Source: the human T2T-CHM13v2.0 reference genome, Homo sapiens. Taken from it: a stretch of DNA of 64,000 nt. The stretch's first letter is position 1; every line of letters begins with the position of its first letter. The stretch lies in assembly GCF_009914755.1 (NCBI RefSeq), contig NC_060945.1. One strand, 5' to 3'. The translations under genes and the position numbers were made by a program. The notes beneath the pieces are model-generated. The model was not told the DNA's origin. It saw nothing but the letters and a program-made list of their open reading frames with translations, and made no database searches. Below are positions 1 to 14,613 of this stretch, in pieces.

Positions 1-210
1 GCATGTTCCCAGGGAAGCATGTGAGGCCAGTGAAGGGTCCCATGGACAGCCACAGCAGGATATGTGTGAGCTGAATATAGAAGGTTCCAAGGGCCAGAAT
101 GACTTCTGGGTATGTTCAGCAGAAAGCCATGTGCACCCTGTACTGCAGGGACAGTAGAATCTCTGAGCCTACAGATGTCAACACCAGATCACTTGGAACT
201 TGGCATCATG

Positions 211-1310
211 ATAACAGAATGAAGGAAAAAACCACGTGATCATCTCAATTGATATAGAAAAGGCATTTCACAAAATTCAAGATTCTTTCATGATGACAAC
301 AATCAACAAACCAAGAATAGAAGAAAACTACCTCAACACAATACAAGCCATACATGAAAGACCCACAGCAAGCCTCATACCCACTGGTGAAAAACTGAAG
401 GCTTTTTCTCTAATATTGGGAACAAAGCCAGCATAGTACTAGAAGTTTTACTAAGAGCAACTAGGCAATTGTTTTTAAAAGGAAGAAAGAAAGAAACAAA
501 AAGCATCCAAATTGAAAAGCAAGAAGTAAAGTTAGCTGTGTTCACAGATGACATGATTTTTATATGTAGAAAACTCTAAATATTCCACACACAAAAATTT
601 TAGAATAAATGAATTCAGCAAAGTAGCAGGATACAAAAGCAAAACACAAAAATCAGTTCTATTTCCATAAACTAACAAGCATAATCTCAAAAGGAAAGTA
701 CAATAACAATTCCATTTACAATACATTAAAAAGAACAAAATACTCAGGAGTTAACCAAAGAATTAAAATAATTGTGTAACAAAAACTACAAAACGTTGAA
801 AGAAATTAAAGGCAACAGAAATAAATGGAAACACATCCCATGTTCATGAATTGGAAATTAATATTGTTAACATGTCCATACTAACCAAAGCAATCTACAG
901 ATTCAATGCAATCCCTGTCAAAATCCCAAGGACATTTCTTGCAGAAATAGAAAAACCCATCCTAAAGTTTATGTGGAGTCTCAAGGGACCCTAAATAGCC
1001 AAATCAATCTTAAGAAAAGAATAGAGCTGGAGGAGTCACACTTTCTGATTTCAAAACTTACTACAAAGCTACACTAATCAAAACTGTGGTACTGGCATAA
1101 AGACCAATATATAGACTAATGGAATAGCATAGAGAGCCCAGAAATAAACTCTCACAACTACAGTCAAATAATTTTCGGCAAGGCTGTCAAGACCTTTCAG
1201 TGAGGGAAGAACAGACTTTTTAACAAATGGCAGTGGGAAAACAGGATATCCACACACAAAAGATTATTTTTAACCCTTACCTCACACCATATACAAAATT
1301 AACTCAAGAT
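211..1310 (+). mobile_element. Old L1 (L1M) ORF2 fragment, RT to C-terminal region
   Basis: Translates as MIISIDIEKAFHKIQ (L1 RT motif). Degenerate, A-rich, many stops. Confidence 0.9.
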
Positions 1311-1316
1311 CAAAGA

Positions 1317-1565
1317 TAGAGAATCTCAGTAGGGAAATTGAAACTATTTTTTAAATGGGAATGCTAGAACTAAAATGTACAATAGCTGATATTTTAAAAT
1401 CCACATGATAGACGTAAATATAGAATGAGATTGAAGAAGAGTTCATGAACTTGAAGCACTTCAATAGAAATTATCCAAAATGAAGGAGAGGAAGAAAAAG
1501 AATTAAGAAAAATGAAAAGAGCCTGTGAGACATCATTAAACAGCATCACATATATGTAATATCAA
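1317..1565 (+). mobile_element. Very old L1M ORF1-region relic
   Basis: A-rich L1 ORF1-like sequence, similar to the segment at about 16270-16355. Confidence 0.55.
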
Positions 1566-1570
1566 ACTCA

Positions 1571-1863
<293 letters not shown>

Positions 1864-4706
1864 GCACTGGGCATTCTCCCCTAAAACACAAAGCTACAAA
1901 CACAGAGCCTCCTCCACCCCTCAGCATCAAGGGGGCAAGGGTGAGGGGTTGGAGGGCTGTACTTTCAGTTAAAGAGAGGCTAGCTGTGTGCCTGCAGTAT
2001 GGACTAAGGAGCCTGGAGCCTGGACTGAGGCTGCCAGGCTGAAAACCGAGACCATGACATCAGGTTCCAGCACACTCCATTGCTACTGGCAACAGCCATC
2101 CCAGTATTCCCACCATTCTCCTCCTCGGCTTACGGATCACCCGCAGGAGGTGGCGTGCCTTGTTGGGATGAACATCCGGATGCCCTTTGCCCCAGCAGTC
2201 CCACCCCCAGAGGTCCTACCCCCAGAACACTAACAAACAAATTGTGGAATAGGTTTGCAAATGTTTATATCAGCACCATCTGTAATAGCAGACTCTTGGG
2301 AACAACAGGCCTGCCCATCTACTGGGGGGCATTTAACCTGAAGTAGAAACAGCAGAACCCCAGGAAGGAGGCATGCTGAATACAGAATACACCCACAAGA
2401 AATGCAGAGGACCCTTAGCAACTCTGTACAGAGTGGGAGACATAAGTCTCAGAAGATTACTCAGAATAATTCCCTTTTAATATCATTCAAAACCACTAAA
2501 TTAGAAAACACACATTTCAGGAATACAAAGAGATATGACTCAACTCTATTTTTTCTAGAAAGTAACAGAATAAGGGGCACATAATCCCAACAGTGGCTGC
2601 CCCAAGAAGTTCATGGTAAATTATTGATGATGTTCTAGTTTCTGTGTCAGGTAGTGGGTTCATGGTTCATAGGTGGGGGGGTTGTTATAATCATTAATAA
2701 TTGATCAATCAGTAAAAAGTGGGCAGGCTCAAGAGGGCTGACTAGAGGCACCTGACCCTTGCCTCTTCCACAAAGAACCCAAAAGAGTGAGAGGTAACAA
2801 CATTTTGAATGGGACATCTGAGAGAGACACTGGAATTCAGCAAAGAAGCGACTGGAATTCAGCAAAGAAGCGACAGGAAATATCTGAGGCACAGAAGGCA
2901 AGGGAAGGGAGGCAGCTGGCCCAGCTAGAATCAGTCGGGAGCCCACAGAGACTCCCCAGTCCAGGGAAATGGTAAATGAGAGATTCCCAGCTGTCTACAT
3001 TTCCACCATGGATTCAGCATGGACCTGAAACCCTAGCCATGGGAGAGCCTCTTATTCTTCACATGCCCTGAGACTTACATAGGGATTTGCCAGGATGCCA
3101 CATAATGGCATTGCTCCAGAGAAAGAGCCCACACTGGGTCTCACACACCCACCAAGTCCTGAGCAGCTGTAGCATGGTGCCATTTTGAGAGCCCAGCCCC
3201 TAAAAGTCTGCATCCTGCCCTGGGGCCCAACAGATCTTGTATCTCCACATCCCTTCAGCTCTGCCGAATCCCACAACCCCCACCAACCCAAGAGGGCTGC
3301 AGGAGTGCAATACCAGCTGGATGCATCAATAAGGCAGGGGTTCATGAACTTGCATGTACCCTGAGTACAGGCTTTCCCCACCCACCATCATAAATTACCC
3401 CACACTATTCACCATAGCCTGTGTCCATGCACACTGTGTGGCCTGGCACTGCACCCTCAGTGCCTAAGCATACCATCTGGGGGCCTGGTGGTCCCCCCCA
3501 ACCCATTCTACCAATGCCAGCCATCTATGCACTCCTCCCAGGGACCTGAGGATGTGCCCACCCAGCATGCCACTACCACCAGCGCTCACTTGCATGTGCC
3601 ACCTGGGAGCTTGGGGACTGGCTTGCCCAGCCTGTCACAACCACCACTTATATTAGGAAGTGCTGTCTGAGAGCCCAAAGGCTGTCCCACCATTGCTACT
3701 ACCATCATCCATGTCAGGCACACTGCCCAGCGGCCCAAGGACCCATCCATGCATCCAACCCACTGCTGCCACTGCTAGCACATAAGCAAGCTGTCTGGAG
3801 GCCCAAGAATCAGCCTGCCTGGACATGGTAACACCAGTGCCAGCATATGCTACTCAGGGGCCTAAGGACAGGCACATTTGGCCCACTGCTGCCACCACTG
3901 GGGCCTGAGATTTGGCCAACCTGGTGTTTCTGACCCCAGAAAAGCCTCACCACAGCCTCCACTGACAACCACAGCCAAGCTGCTGAGGAAATCACAAACA
4001 CTAGTGATGCTGTTCACAGCCAAAGAAATCATACAGAGACTAAACTACTGCATGCACCCAGAATCATAGCTAAAGTATTCCAACCAGCCACCGCCATAGA
4101 CACATCTGCAGGAAAAAGTCTTCTCATAAAAAAGCCAGTCCCCAAAATTGGAAGAATTGATTGTTATGTCAGATGTGCAGATATCAATATAAGGACTCAA
4201 GAAACATGAAAAAACAAGGAAATGTCACACCTCCAAAGGGACACAAGAATTGTGCAACAGATTCAAATGAAAAAGAAATGTATGAATTACCAGAAAAATA
4301 ATTCAAAATAATGATATTAAGGATATTCTGTGAGATATAAGATAACATGGATAAACTATACAAATAAACCAGAAAAACAATTCAGGATATGAATGAGAAA
4401 ATCACCAAAGAGACAGATATCATAACCAAAGAATCCAACAGAAATCCTGGAAATGAATAATTCAATACATGAAATAAAAAATCCATTTGAGAGCTTCAAC
4501 AATATACCAGATCAAGCAGAAGAAAAAATTTCAGAAGTTGAAGACTGGTCTTTTGAAACAACTCAGTCAGACAAAAAGAAAAAAAGAAGAATAAACAAAG
4601 CCTATGTGACATATGGAACACTATAAAGTGAGCAAATATTCTAATATTGGATGTTCCAGAAAACAAAGAGAAGCCCAAAGGCATAGAAAGCCTATTTAGC
4701 AAAATA

Positions 4707-5007
<301 letters not shown>

Positions 5008-5088
5008 CTATTTAGCAAAATGATAGGTGAAAATTTCCCTAGTCTAGCAAGAGATTTAAACATTCAGATGCAGGAAGCTCAGAGATCC

Positions 5089-5468
5089 TGATATGGTTTG
5101 GATTTCTATCTCTGCCCAAATCTCGTGTTGAATTGTTATCCTCAATGCTGGAGAAGGGGCTGAGGGGGAGGGGATTGGATCATGGGGTCAGATTTCCCCC
5201 TTGCAGTTCTCCTGATAGTGAGTTCTCACGAGATCTGGTTGTTTAAATATGTGTAGCACCTCCCCCTTTTCTCTCTTCCTCCTGCTCCAGCCATGTAGGA
5301 CATTCCAGCTTCCCATTTGCCTTTTGCATTAATTATAAGTTTCCTGAGGCTTCCCAACCCACGCTCCCTGTACAGCCTGCAGAACCATGAGCCAATTAAT
5401 CCTCTTTTCTTTATAAATTACCCAGTCTCAGGTAGTTCTTTATAGCAATGCAAGAACGTACTAATACA
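5089..5468 (+). mobile_element. MaLR solo LTR (MST family)
   Basis: TGATATGGTTTGG...CTAATACA termini with 5-bp TSD GATCC on both sides. Confidence 0.92.
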
Positions 5469-6430
5469 GATCCCCAAATAGATACAATTCAAAAAGATCT
5501 TTTCCATGGCACATTATAGTCAAACTGTCAAAAGTCAAAGACAAGGAGAGAATTCTAAAAATAGCAAGAAGAAAGCAACTAGTCATATATAAGGAAACCC
5601 CCATCAGACTAACAGTGGATTTCTCAGCAGAAACTTTACAGGTCAGGACAGAATGGGATGATATATTCAAAGTGCTGAAAGAAAGAAACTGACAGACAAG
5701 GATACTATACTCAGCAAAATTATCCTCCATAAATAAACAGAAATAAAATCTTTCATGGACAATCAAAAGCTGAGGGTATTCATCACCACTGGACCAGCCA
5801 TACAGGAAATTCTTAAGAGAATATTACAATTCTAAATCTATATGCACCCAATACCAAAAGAGTCTGATATACAAGCAAATATTATTAGATCTAAAGGAAG
5901 AGACAGACTCCAATACAATAATAGTTGAGGACTTCAACACCCCACTCTCACCATTAGACATATCATCCAGACAGAAAATCAACAACAACAAAAAAATTGG
6001 ATTTATACTGAACTTTAAAGCAAATGGACCTAATAGGCATTTAAAGAACATTTCATCTAACAGCTGCAGAATACACATTCTTCTCATAAGCACATGGAAC
6101 ATTATTCAGGACAGACCCTATGTTTGGCCACAAAACAAGTCTCAACTAACTTTAAAAAATCAAAATAATATCAAGTATCTTCTCAGACCACAATAACTAA
6201 AACTAGATATTAATAACAAGAAGAGCTTTGGAAACTGTACAAATATGTGGAAATTGAACAACATGTTCCTAAATGGCTACTGGGTTAATGAAGACATTAA
6301 TAAGGAAATCAAAAAATTTCTCAAAAAAAAATAAAAAGGGAAACACGACATATCAAAACCTATAGGCTACAAAAATAACAGTGCTAAGAGGGACGTTAGT
6401 AGTAATAAATGCCTACATCAAAAAGGTAGA

Positions 6431-6549
6431 TGTGGTGGTGCCTATTGTCCCAGCTGCTAGGGAGGTTGAGGTGAGATGATCACTTGAGCCCAGGAGTTTA
6501 AGGCCAGTCTGAGCAACACAGTAAGACTCCATCTCAAAAAAAAAAAAAA
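6431..6549 (+). mobile_element. Alu monomer (FLAM-like)
   Basis: Single Alu arm plus poly(A). Confidence 0.8.
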
Positions 6550-6758
6550 GTAGAAAGATTTCAAATAAACAATCCAATGATGCACCTCAAGGAACTAGAA
6601 AGGCAAGAACAAACCAAATCCAAAATTAGTAGAAGGAAAGAGACAATAAAGTATATAGCTAAACAAAATAGACTTTAAAAAAATACAAAGAAGTAACAAA
6701 ACAAAAAGTTGGTCTTTTAAAAAGATAAAAAAAAATCAATAAACAGCTAGCTAGGCTA

Positions 6759-7149
<391 letters not shown>

Positions 7150-7200
<51 letters not shown>
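7150..7200. repeat. (TG)n microsatellite
   Basis: About 25 perfect TG units. Confidence 0.98.
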
Positions 7201-7204
<4 letters not shown>

Positions 7205-7943
7205 ACATTACCAGAGACTATGCTCTAAAAACTGGTAAACCTAGAGGAAATGATAATTTCCTGGACATACACAACCTACCAAGATTGAATTAAAAAAAAA
7301 AAGAAAACCTGAATAGACCAATAATGAATAACCAGATTGAATCAGTAATAAAAAGTCTCCCAGCAAAGAAGAGCCCAGGCCTGAATGGCTTCACTGCCAA
7401 ATTATACCAAACACATGAAGAACCAACACTAATTCTCCTCAAATTGTTCCAAAAAATTGAAGAGGAGGGAACTCTTCTTAACTCACTCTATGAGGCCAGA
7501 ATTACCTTGATACCGAAAGCAGACAAAAATACAGTAAAAAAAGAAAAGTACAGACCAATATCCCCAATGAACATAGATGCAAAACTCCTCAACAAAATAC
7601 TAGCAAACTGAATCCAGCAGCCCATCGAAAAGATAATATACCATGATCAAGTGGAAATTATCATACAGATGCAAGGGTGATTCAACATACACAAATCAAT
7701 AAACATGATATATCACATTAACAGAATGAAGGACAGAAAGTATATGAGCATCTCAATAGATGCAGAAAAAGCATTTGACAAAATTCAATATCCTTCATGA
7801 TAAAAACTCTCAACAAACCATGTACAGAAGAAACATACCTCAAAATAATAAAGGCCTTGTATGACAGACCCACAGCTAACATCATATTAAATGGAAAAAA
7901 GCTGAAAGCCTTTCTTGTAAGAACTGAATGAGACAAGGATGCA

Positions 7944-10580
7944 TTTTTTTTTTCAGTTTTCATCTTGTTTATTCAGTTTGCTCCGAGGGCAAAATCAACA
8001 GTAGTAGAGATCACAAACATTATTTTGATTGGCCTCACAAGTCTGATCAGTAAAATCCGAAAAACAGAAAATGTTACACGAGTTGCAAAGAAAGCACTCC
8101 TGGAGTTCACTGACATGATAGCAAGTGGAAAGAATATAAATGCAACAGGTGTTAACATTTAGAACAGTACTTGTAAGCCTGCTCATGTCTAGACAATTCT
8201 GGGACCCTTGCGGCAAACCCTTCATGTATCACTGCTGATTTCCTTGACATGAAATACGACTTTACGAAAATCTTCCTAGACCTTACTCTGGCTGTACTTG
8301 AGTGGTTCTTGTGCCTACGGCGCTGGCATATGCTGTCAGGATTTCCATTATCTGTTTCGTTTCTAGGGTTATTCGGGCTTCCTTCAGCCAGTCTTGTGCC
8401 ACTTATCTGGATTCTCCCTTCAGCTGATTGACAAATTTTGCTACTAGCTCCAGATCACCATGCTCAATGCAATAGGAGGCATATGACAGTAATTTAAACG
8501 TGTTTATATCTTCAGATCAGAGCTCTGCAGCTTCAGTTGCTGAGGCGGGAATAGAAGCAGGGACTGCAGGTAGGAGAAGAAGTACTGGTACAAGCTATTT
8601 CTGGTTTAATCAATCATTGCTACCCTTCGGGCCAGTTTTTGAACAGCATAAAAGCGGACTCTAAGGGTCTCTTCACTGTACACCCCATGGGTCAGGGACT
8701 CTGGAGGGATAGCTGTGGCTAAAGCTTTGGTAAATTCATTATCAGAACAGTTGGCTTTGATGGCCTCAACTGCACTACCCAGTGGGACAGCAGGCATTTC
8801 TGCAGATGAGGTCTTCATGCTGTACTTTAATGCCTCCACTGAAAGCCAGAGTTGGTAGGCTTTTCTGGCTTCCTCTTCAGCAACTGCATGACTCTGAACA
8901 GCGTGTTCGATTCCTCTGAGTCTGGCATAGGCGGTATTTATATCCAGAGTAAAGTTGTGAACTTGCTCTTGACTTAGATGATGAAACTGTAATTCTTGTT
9001 CCGAGAGTTTCTCAGACAGGTTCTGCTCAAATTCATACTTCAATTCCTGTTCTTGAACCCTAAGGACATCTCACAAGTGATCAGTGTGGGCAGCTGCCTG
9101 TCAGTGAAGCTAGGTTCTCATTTCATTCTCCATGGCATCTCTGACTTCCTCTACCTTTCTGTCCTATTCAGCCTGCATTTTACTTCCATGATGTTCTAAT
9201 GCTTTTGCTACTACAGAGTCAAATGCCCGCTTTTCTTCCAGCGTTTGTTTCTCCAAGGCTAATGTGATGTGCTGCTTTTCTGTGGCCTTCTGTTCTGCTA
9301 GCTCTCTGTTCAGCTGATCGATGTGACGATGTGCACGGGCAATCAGGGAGTTCAGATCATCAGTAGAGAGCTTGTCAGCTGGGTCCGAAACGCTCATTCC
9401 TTTCCACCCAGGAAGGACTTCTGGAGTAATACTGTCCAGCTGTCGTTTAAAGTCATCCTGAGCTTGGCCCACCAGCTCATGATACTGAGATACAAGCTTA
9501 GCCTCAAATTGAGCTGCTTGGACCTTTTTGACCACATTATCCAGATCAACTATCATGTTGTGAAGTTTATATGAGGCTTGGCCCCAGCAACCTCTTCTTT
9601 CTTTGCATTTTCAGTCACACTTTTCATCTTCTCTACCTCTTCTTTGGCTTTGAGAAGGGCATTGGCAGCTTCATCTACTGCCTTTCTGTGTTCCTTCAAC
9701 GCACCTTGCACTGTGTGCCACTTAGCAGACTTCTTCTTGCCCTCAATCTCAGAATTGTCCATGGCGGCTTTCAATATGTTGGAGTGTGCATTGACAGCCT
9801 GGACCACAGTGTTCTGAGCTGCAATCGCCTGCAGAGTGACATTTGCAGTTTGCCTCAGAGCATCTTCAAAGCTCTTGGCTAGAGACTCAGTTTTAACTTG
9901 TTCTTGTTTTTCCTGTTGTGCAAGGCAAGCTGCAATTTCTTCACATGGTCGTTCCCTTATAGAAGATGAGGATGCTTCTTCTGAAAGTGCAGGTGTGGGT
10001 TTTCCTTCATCAATTTCAGGGTGATCAGTTTTTAAAGATTCCTCATGCTGAACCCCAGGGACCAACACTGTATCACCTGCGGTTGCTGAAGCTGGAGTAT
10101 CTCCCTTTTGTTTTTGGAGTTGTGAGGCAGGCTGTTTAAATTCTTTTGTTACTTCTGATACACTAGAGATTTTTAGTGGACCAGACTGAGTTGATTTCTT
10201 TGGCAATGGAACATTATAAGGTGCAGAACCAAGAACCACCTCGAAGAGTTTGTCTGAGTAAGGTATGGTTTTCTCTACTCTTTCTCGGAAATGGGAAGCC
10301 CATTTGGCATATAGGATAGTGCCACCAATACCTCCACCAAAAAACAAAAGGCCAGCTCCAGCAATGTTGCCAGTAGTCAACCACAGAGCTGCCTGAAGTA
10401 GAGTATCGGCGGCATGGTCGCAGTGGACGGAGGACTAACTTCCCATAGAGACAACTCTGGGCCACAGCGGTCACACTCGATAACTGACAGGCCTGCAGTA
10501 TCTGTCGAGCGGACGGTGCTGCTGGTGGATGCGGGAGCTGCCATGGCGGCACGAGTAAGTGGAGGCATGTGTACATATGT
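7944..10580 (-). pseudogene. IMMTP1: Processed pseudogene of IMMT (mitofilin/MIC60)
   Basis: Intronless MIC60 homology ([13 protein letters not shown]..., TLDINTAYARLRGIE..., C-terminal TTQVQPE* ending at 8283). Start ATG>ATA at 10501-10499. Frameshifts and premature stops at 9164 and 8606. AATAAA at 7973-7968, poly(A) at 7953-7944, TSD core caaggatgc at 7934-7942 and 10581-10589. Confidence 0.96.
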
Positions 10581-10608
10581 CAAGGATGCCTATTTTTATC
10601 ACTCCTAT

Positions 10609-11007
10609 TGATATGGTTTGGATCTGTGTCCCCACCCAAACTTGAAATGTAATCCCCAGCGCTGGAGGTGGAGCCTGGTAGGAGGTGATTGGATCATGAG
10701 GGCCATTTCTCATGAATGGTTTAACACCATCCCTCTTGGTGGTATTGTCATGATAATCAGTTCTTGTGAGATCTGGTTGTTTAAAAGTGTGTGGCATCCT
10801 CCCCCCACCCACACTGCTCCAGAATGTGAAGCACTGGTGCCCCTTTTGCCTTCTGCCATGACTGTAAGCTTCCTGAGGCCTCCCTAGAAGCAGAAGCCTC
10901 TATGGTTCCTGTATAGCCTGCAGAACCATAAGCCAATTAAACCTCTTTTCTTTATAAATTACCCACTCTCAGGTATCTTTATAGCAATGTAAGAATGGAC
11001 TAATACA
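10609..11007 (+). mobile_element. MaLR solo LTR (MST family)
   Basis: TGATATGGTTTGG...TAATACA termini with 5-bp TSD CCTAT. Confidence 0.92.
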
Positions 11008-11283
11008 CCTATTCAACATAGTACTGGAAGTCCAATCCAGTGCAATCAGGTAAGAGATAGAAATAAAAGCCGTCCCAATTGGAAGAGAGGAAGTCAAATT
11101 GTCCCTCTTTGCACATGACATGATTTTATATTTAGAAAAATCTAAAGACTCCACCAAAAAACTATTAGAACTGATAAACAAATTTAGTAAAGTTGCAGGA
11201 TACAAAATCAACATATAAAAATCAGTAGTGTTTCGATACACCAATAACAAACTAGCTGAAAAAGTAAGCAAAAAGGCAATCCA

Positions 11284-11697
11284 TGAAGGCTAAAACAACT
11301 CCATCTTGGATGCTAATCTGCCATATGGACTTCTAGTTAACCTGTTCTGGGAAGGCCTCTAAAATTTCCAGTTTATCTACTGTTCCTTGTATAAGAGCAC
11401 ATACTATAAATCCTGCTTCAAAACAACCTTGACGTTATCCTACTTCAATTGGTCTACAGAGCCCTTCTAAATCACATATACCCTTTCCTTATGGTATATA
11501 AGCCTTGGGTCTGGAGGGGTAATGGCACAGGGATCCACCAGCTTATCTTACCACCACCCAAGACACAGACATGGCTTCTGTTTTAAGTCCTTATTAAATG
11601 TTTCTTTCTGAGAAACTGGATTTGTCAGCCTCTTTCTGTGGCCTCTCAGCTTCCTTGAACTTTGGGGGTAGGTTTGCATAGACCTGCCCATGGAACA
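11284..11697 (+). mobile_element. Solo ERV LTR (ERV1 class, LTR47-like; subfamily uncertain)
   Basis: About 410-bp TG...CA block interrupting L1 ORF2, with internal TATATAA and ATTAAA. Confidence 0.65.
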
Positions 11698-14008
11698 CAA
11701 TCTCATTCACAATAGCTATTTTAAAAATAAAATACCTGGCAATAAATATAACCAAGGATGTGAAGGACCTCTGCAAAGAAAACTACAAAACACTGATAAA
11801 ATAAATTGAAGAAGACACAAACAAATGGAAAGACATTCCATGTTCATGGATCAGAAGAAATGATATTGTTAGAAAGATCATACTATCCAAAGCAATCAAC
11901 AGACTCAATGCAATCTCTATCAAAATGCCAATGACATGTTTCACAGAAGTAGAAAAAACAGTCCTAAAATTCATATGGAACCGAAAAGGACCCTGAATAG
12001 CCAAAGTTATCCTGAACAAAAAGAACAAACCTGTAGGTATCACACCGCTTGACTTCAAAATATATTACAAGGCTAAACAGCATAGTATTGGTATAAAACC
12101 AGACACATAGATCAATGGAACAGAATAGAGAACCCAGAAATAAATCCATATATTTACAGCCAATTGATTTTCAACAAAGGTGCCAAGAACATACAATAGA
12201 GAAAGGACACCCCTTCAATAAATGGTGCTGGGAAAACTGGATAGCCACATGCAGAAGAATGAAACTGGATCCCTACCTCTCATCATATACAGAAATCAAC
12301 TCAAGATGTATCAAAGCCTTAAACATAAGACCGAAAACCATAAAGCTACTAGAAGAAAACATAAATGAAATGCTCCAGGACATTGGTCTAGGCAAACAGT
12401 TTATGGCTAAGACTACAAAAACACAGGCAACAAAAACCAAAATAGACAAATGAGATTATATTAAACTGAAAAGCTCTGCACAGCAAACGGAACAATCAAC
12501 AGAGTGAAGAGACAACCTGTGTAATGGGAGAAAATATTTGTAAACTATGCATCTGACAAGTGACTAATATCCAGAATATGTAAGGAACTCAAACAACTCA
12601 ACAACAACAACAAAACAAATAATTCCATTAATAAATGGGCAAAGCACCTGAATAGGCATCTCTCAAAAGAAGACATACAAATGGCCAACAGGTATATTAA
12701 AAAAAACTCAACATCACTAATCATCAGGGAACTTCAGATCAAAACTACAATGAGATAGCATCATCTTACCCCAATTAGAATGGCTATTATCAAAAAGACA
12801 AAAAATAACAGATGCTGGTAAAGATGTGGAGAAAAGGGAACTCTTATACATCATTTGTGGAAGTGTAAATTAGTACAGCCATTATCAAAAATGGTATACA
12901 GATTTCTCAGAAAACTAAAATAAAACTACCATACTATCCAGCAATCCTGCTACTATTTATTCAAAGGATAGGGAATTGGTGTATCAAAAAGATACCTGCA
13001 CCCCCATGTTTATTGCAGCACTATTCACAATAGCCAAGATACAGATTCAACCTAAATGTCTATCAATAAATAAATGAATCAAGAAACTGTGGTATATATT
13101 TACAATGGAATCTTATTCGGCCATAAAAAAGAATGAAGTCCTGCCATTTGCAGCAACATGGATGGAACCGAAGGTCATTAAAGACAAATATTACATGTTC
13201 TCACTCACATGTGGGAGTTCACAAAGTTGATCTCATGGAAGTAGAGAGTAGAATGATATTACCAGAGGTGAAGAACGGTGTGTGTTAGAGGAGAAGTGAG
13301 TTTGGTTAATGGGTACGAACATACAGTTACACAGAAAGAATAAGTTCTAATATTTGATAGCAGCATAGGGTGACTACAGTTAACAATGTATTGTATGTCT
13401 CAAATCAGCTAGAAGAGAGAGTGTAAAATGTCCTCAACACAGAGAAATGATAGACAAGGTGATGAATATCCTGATTTCATCATTACGTATCCTCTGTGTG
13501 TAAAGTATTTCATATGCCCCACAAATATGTAAACATATTATGTATCAATTTTTAAAAAGTGCCATATGTAGATCAGTGATGGGAGTGTGTGCTGCAGAAC
13601 TAATCCAGTTCTGTAAACCTGAGATCCTCCGCGACCCGGGAAGCAGGACATCCACCAACCACATGGGAAAGCCCGATCCTCAGTGCTCTGAGGCTTTGGC
13701 CATCAATGCAGGGCTTGCTGGCCTGGAGCAGGAGTGGACAGCCAGTGGGGAAGCAAGGCCACTCCACCACAGGCGGGTAAGTCACCGCTGTGGCCACTGC
13801 AGCTGGGCCCCAGGAGCCCTGGGAGAGACCACATGGGCATCTGCAGCTGCGCCCTCCACCCGGGACACCACCTTCTGATGAGCACTGGGTGAAGGGATCA
13901 CTGAAGAGGGTTTAGCAGCAAATTCTATGTAATCAGCAGAATAGATAGCGGGGAGTATAGAAATAAAAAAGAGAGACAAGAAACGCAGAGTTGCATGGGG
14001 AAAGCTGG

Positions 14009-14014
14009 TTTATT
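14009..14014 (-). terminator. Polyadenylation signal of KRTAP12-1
   Basis: AATAAA about 235 nt after the stop, followed by T/GT-rich sequence on the minus strand. Confidence 0.8.
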
Positions 14015-14247
14015 TGACTCTCATGGGGTCAGAGAATGACTCTGGGACCCCAGACTTCCCTGGGGGGATAGGCAAGTTCAGCCAGGGCTCCAGATCATTC
14101 TATTATATTCTCGATCCAGAATTCAGAGGGTTCACTGAGCATGCTTTTCACCTGCACCATGTGCAGAAGACCAACTGAGGACTCATCTAGGGAGTGTACA
14201 GGTGTGGCCTCATCTGCACTGGGAGCAGCGGGTCTGGAGATTCATGC

Positions 14248-14538
14248 TCAGCAGCAGGAAGGGGTGCTGCAGGAGATGGGTCTGCAGAGGACGCTGGTGC
14301 AGGAAGGCTGGCAGCACCCAGAGGACTGGCAGGAGGGAGCCGCATACACGACGGGCCTGCAGCTCACGGGCACGCACACAGAGGACTGGCATCTCACGGG
14401 CACACACACGGCTGGCTTGAAGCTCACGGGCACGCACACGGAGGACTGGCAGCCCACGGGGATGTAACAGGATGCCTGGCAGGGGCTGGGCGCGCAGCAG
14501 GCTGGCTGGCAGCCCGAGGAGCAGCTGGTGTGGCACAT
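14248..14538 (-). CDS. KRTAP12-1: Keratin-associated protein 12-1 (96 aa, single exon)
   Basis: MCHTSCSSGCQPACCAPSPCQASCYIPVGCQSSVCVPVSF...STPSCC*. Perfect Kozak GCCACCATG at 14538, TATA upstream, AATAAA downstream. Confidence 0.95.
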   Translation of the reverse strand: MCHTSCSSGCQPACCAPSPCQASCYIPVGCQSSVCVPVSFKPAVCVPVRCQSSVCVPVSCRPVVYAAPSCQSSGCCQPSCTSVLCRPISCSTPSCC

Positions 14539-14607
14539 GGTGGCGTGTGGCTGGATAAGGTCGAGGCAGAGGGCAGTGATGTCTGGGGACGGCCTCCCTG
14601 GGTAGCC

Positions 14608-14613
14608 TTTATA
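14608..14613 (-). promoter_or_regulatory. TATA box of KRTAP12-1
   Basis: TATAAA about 70 bp upstream of the ATG. Confidence 0.85.

Noticed and set aside
2829-2874. Short ~20-bp direct duplications (also about 15154-15193 and 49763-49806)
   Set aside because: Ordinary slippage duplications in repeat-derived DNA with no sign of function.
8606-10380. IMMT-like ORFs of 275, 130 and 145 aa as functional genes
   Set aside because: They are fragments of a disabled retrocopy with a lost ATG, frameshifts and nonsense codons.
10609-11007. MST LTR as promoter for the IMMT retrocopy
   Set aside because: Although adjacent, the LTR is oriented + and points away from the minus-strand pseudogene.
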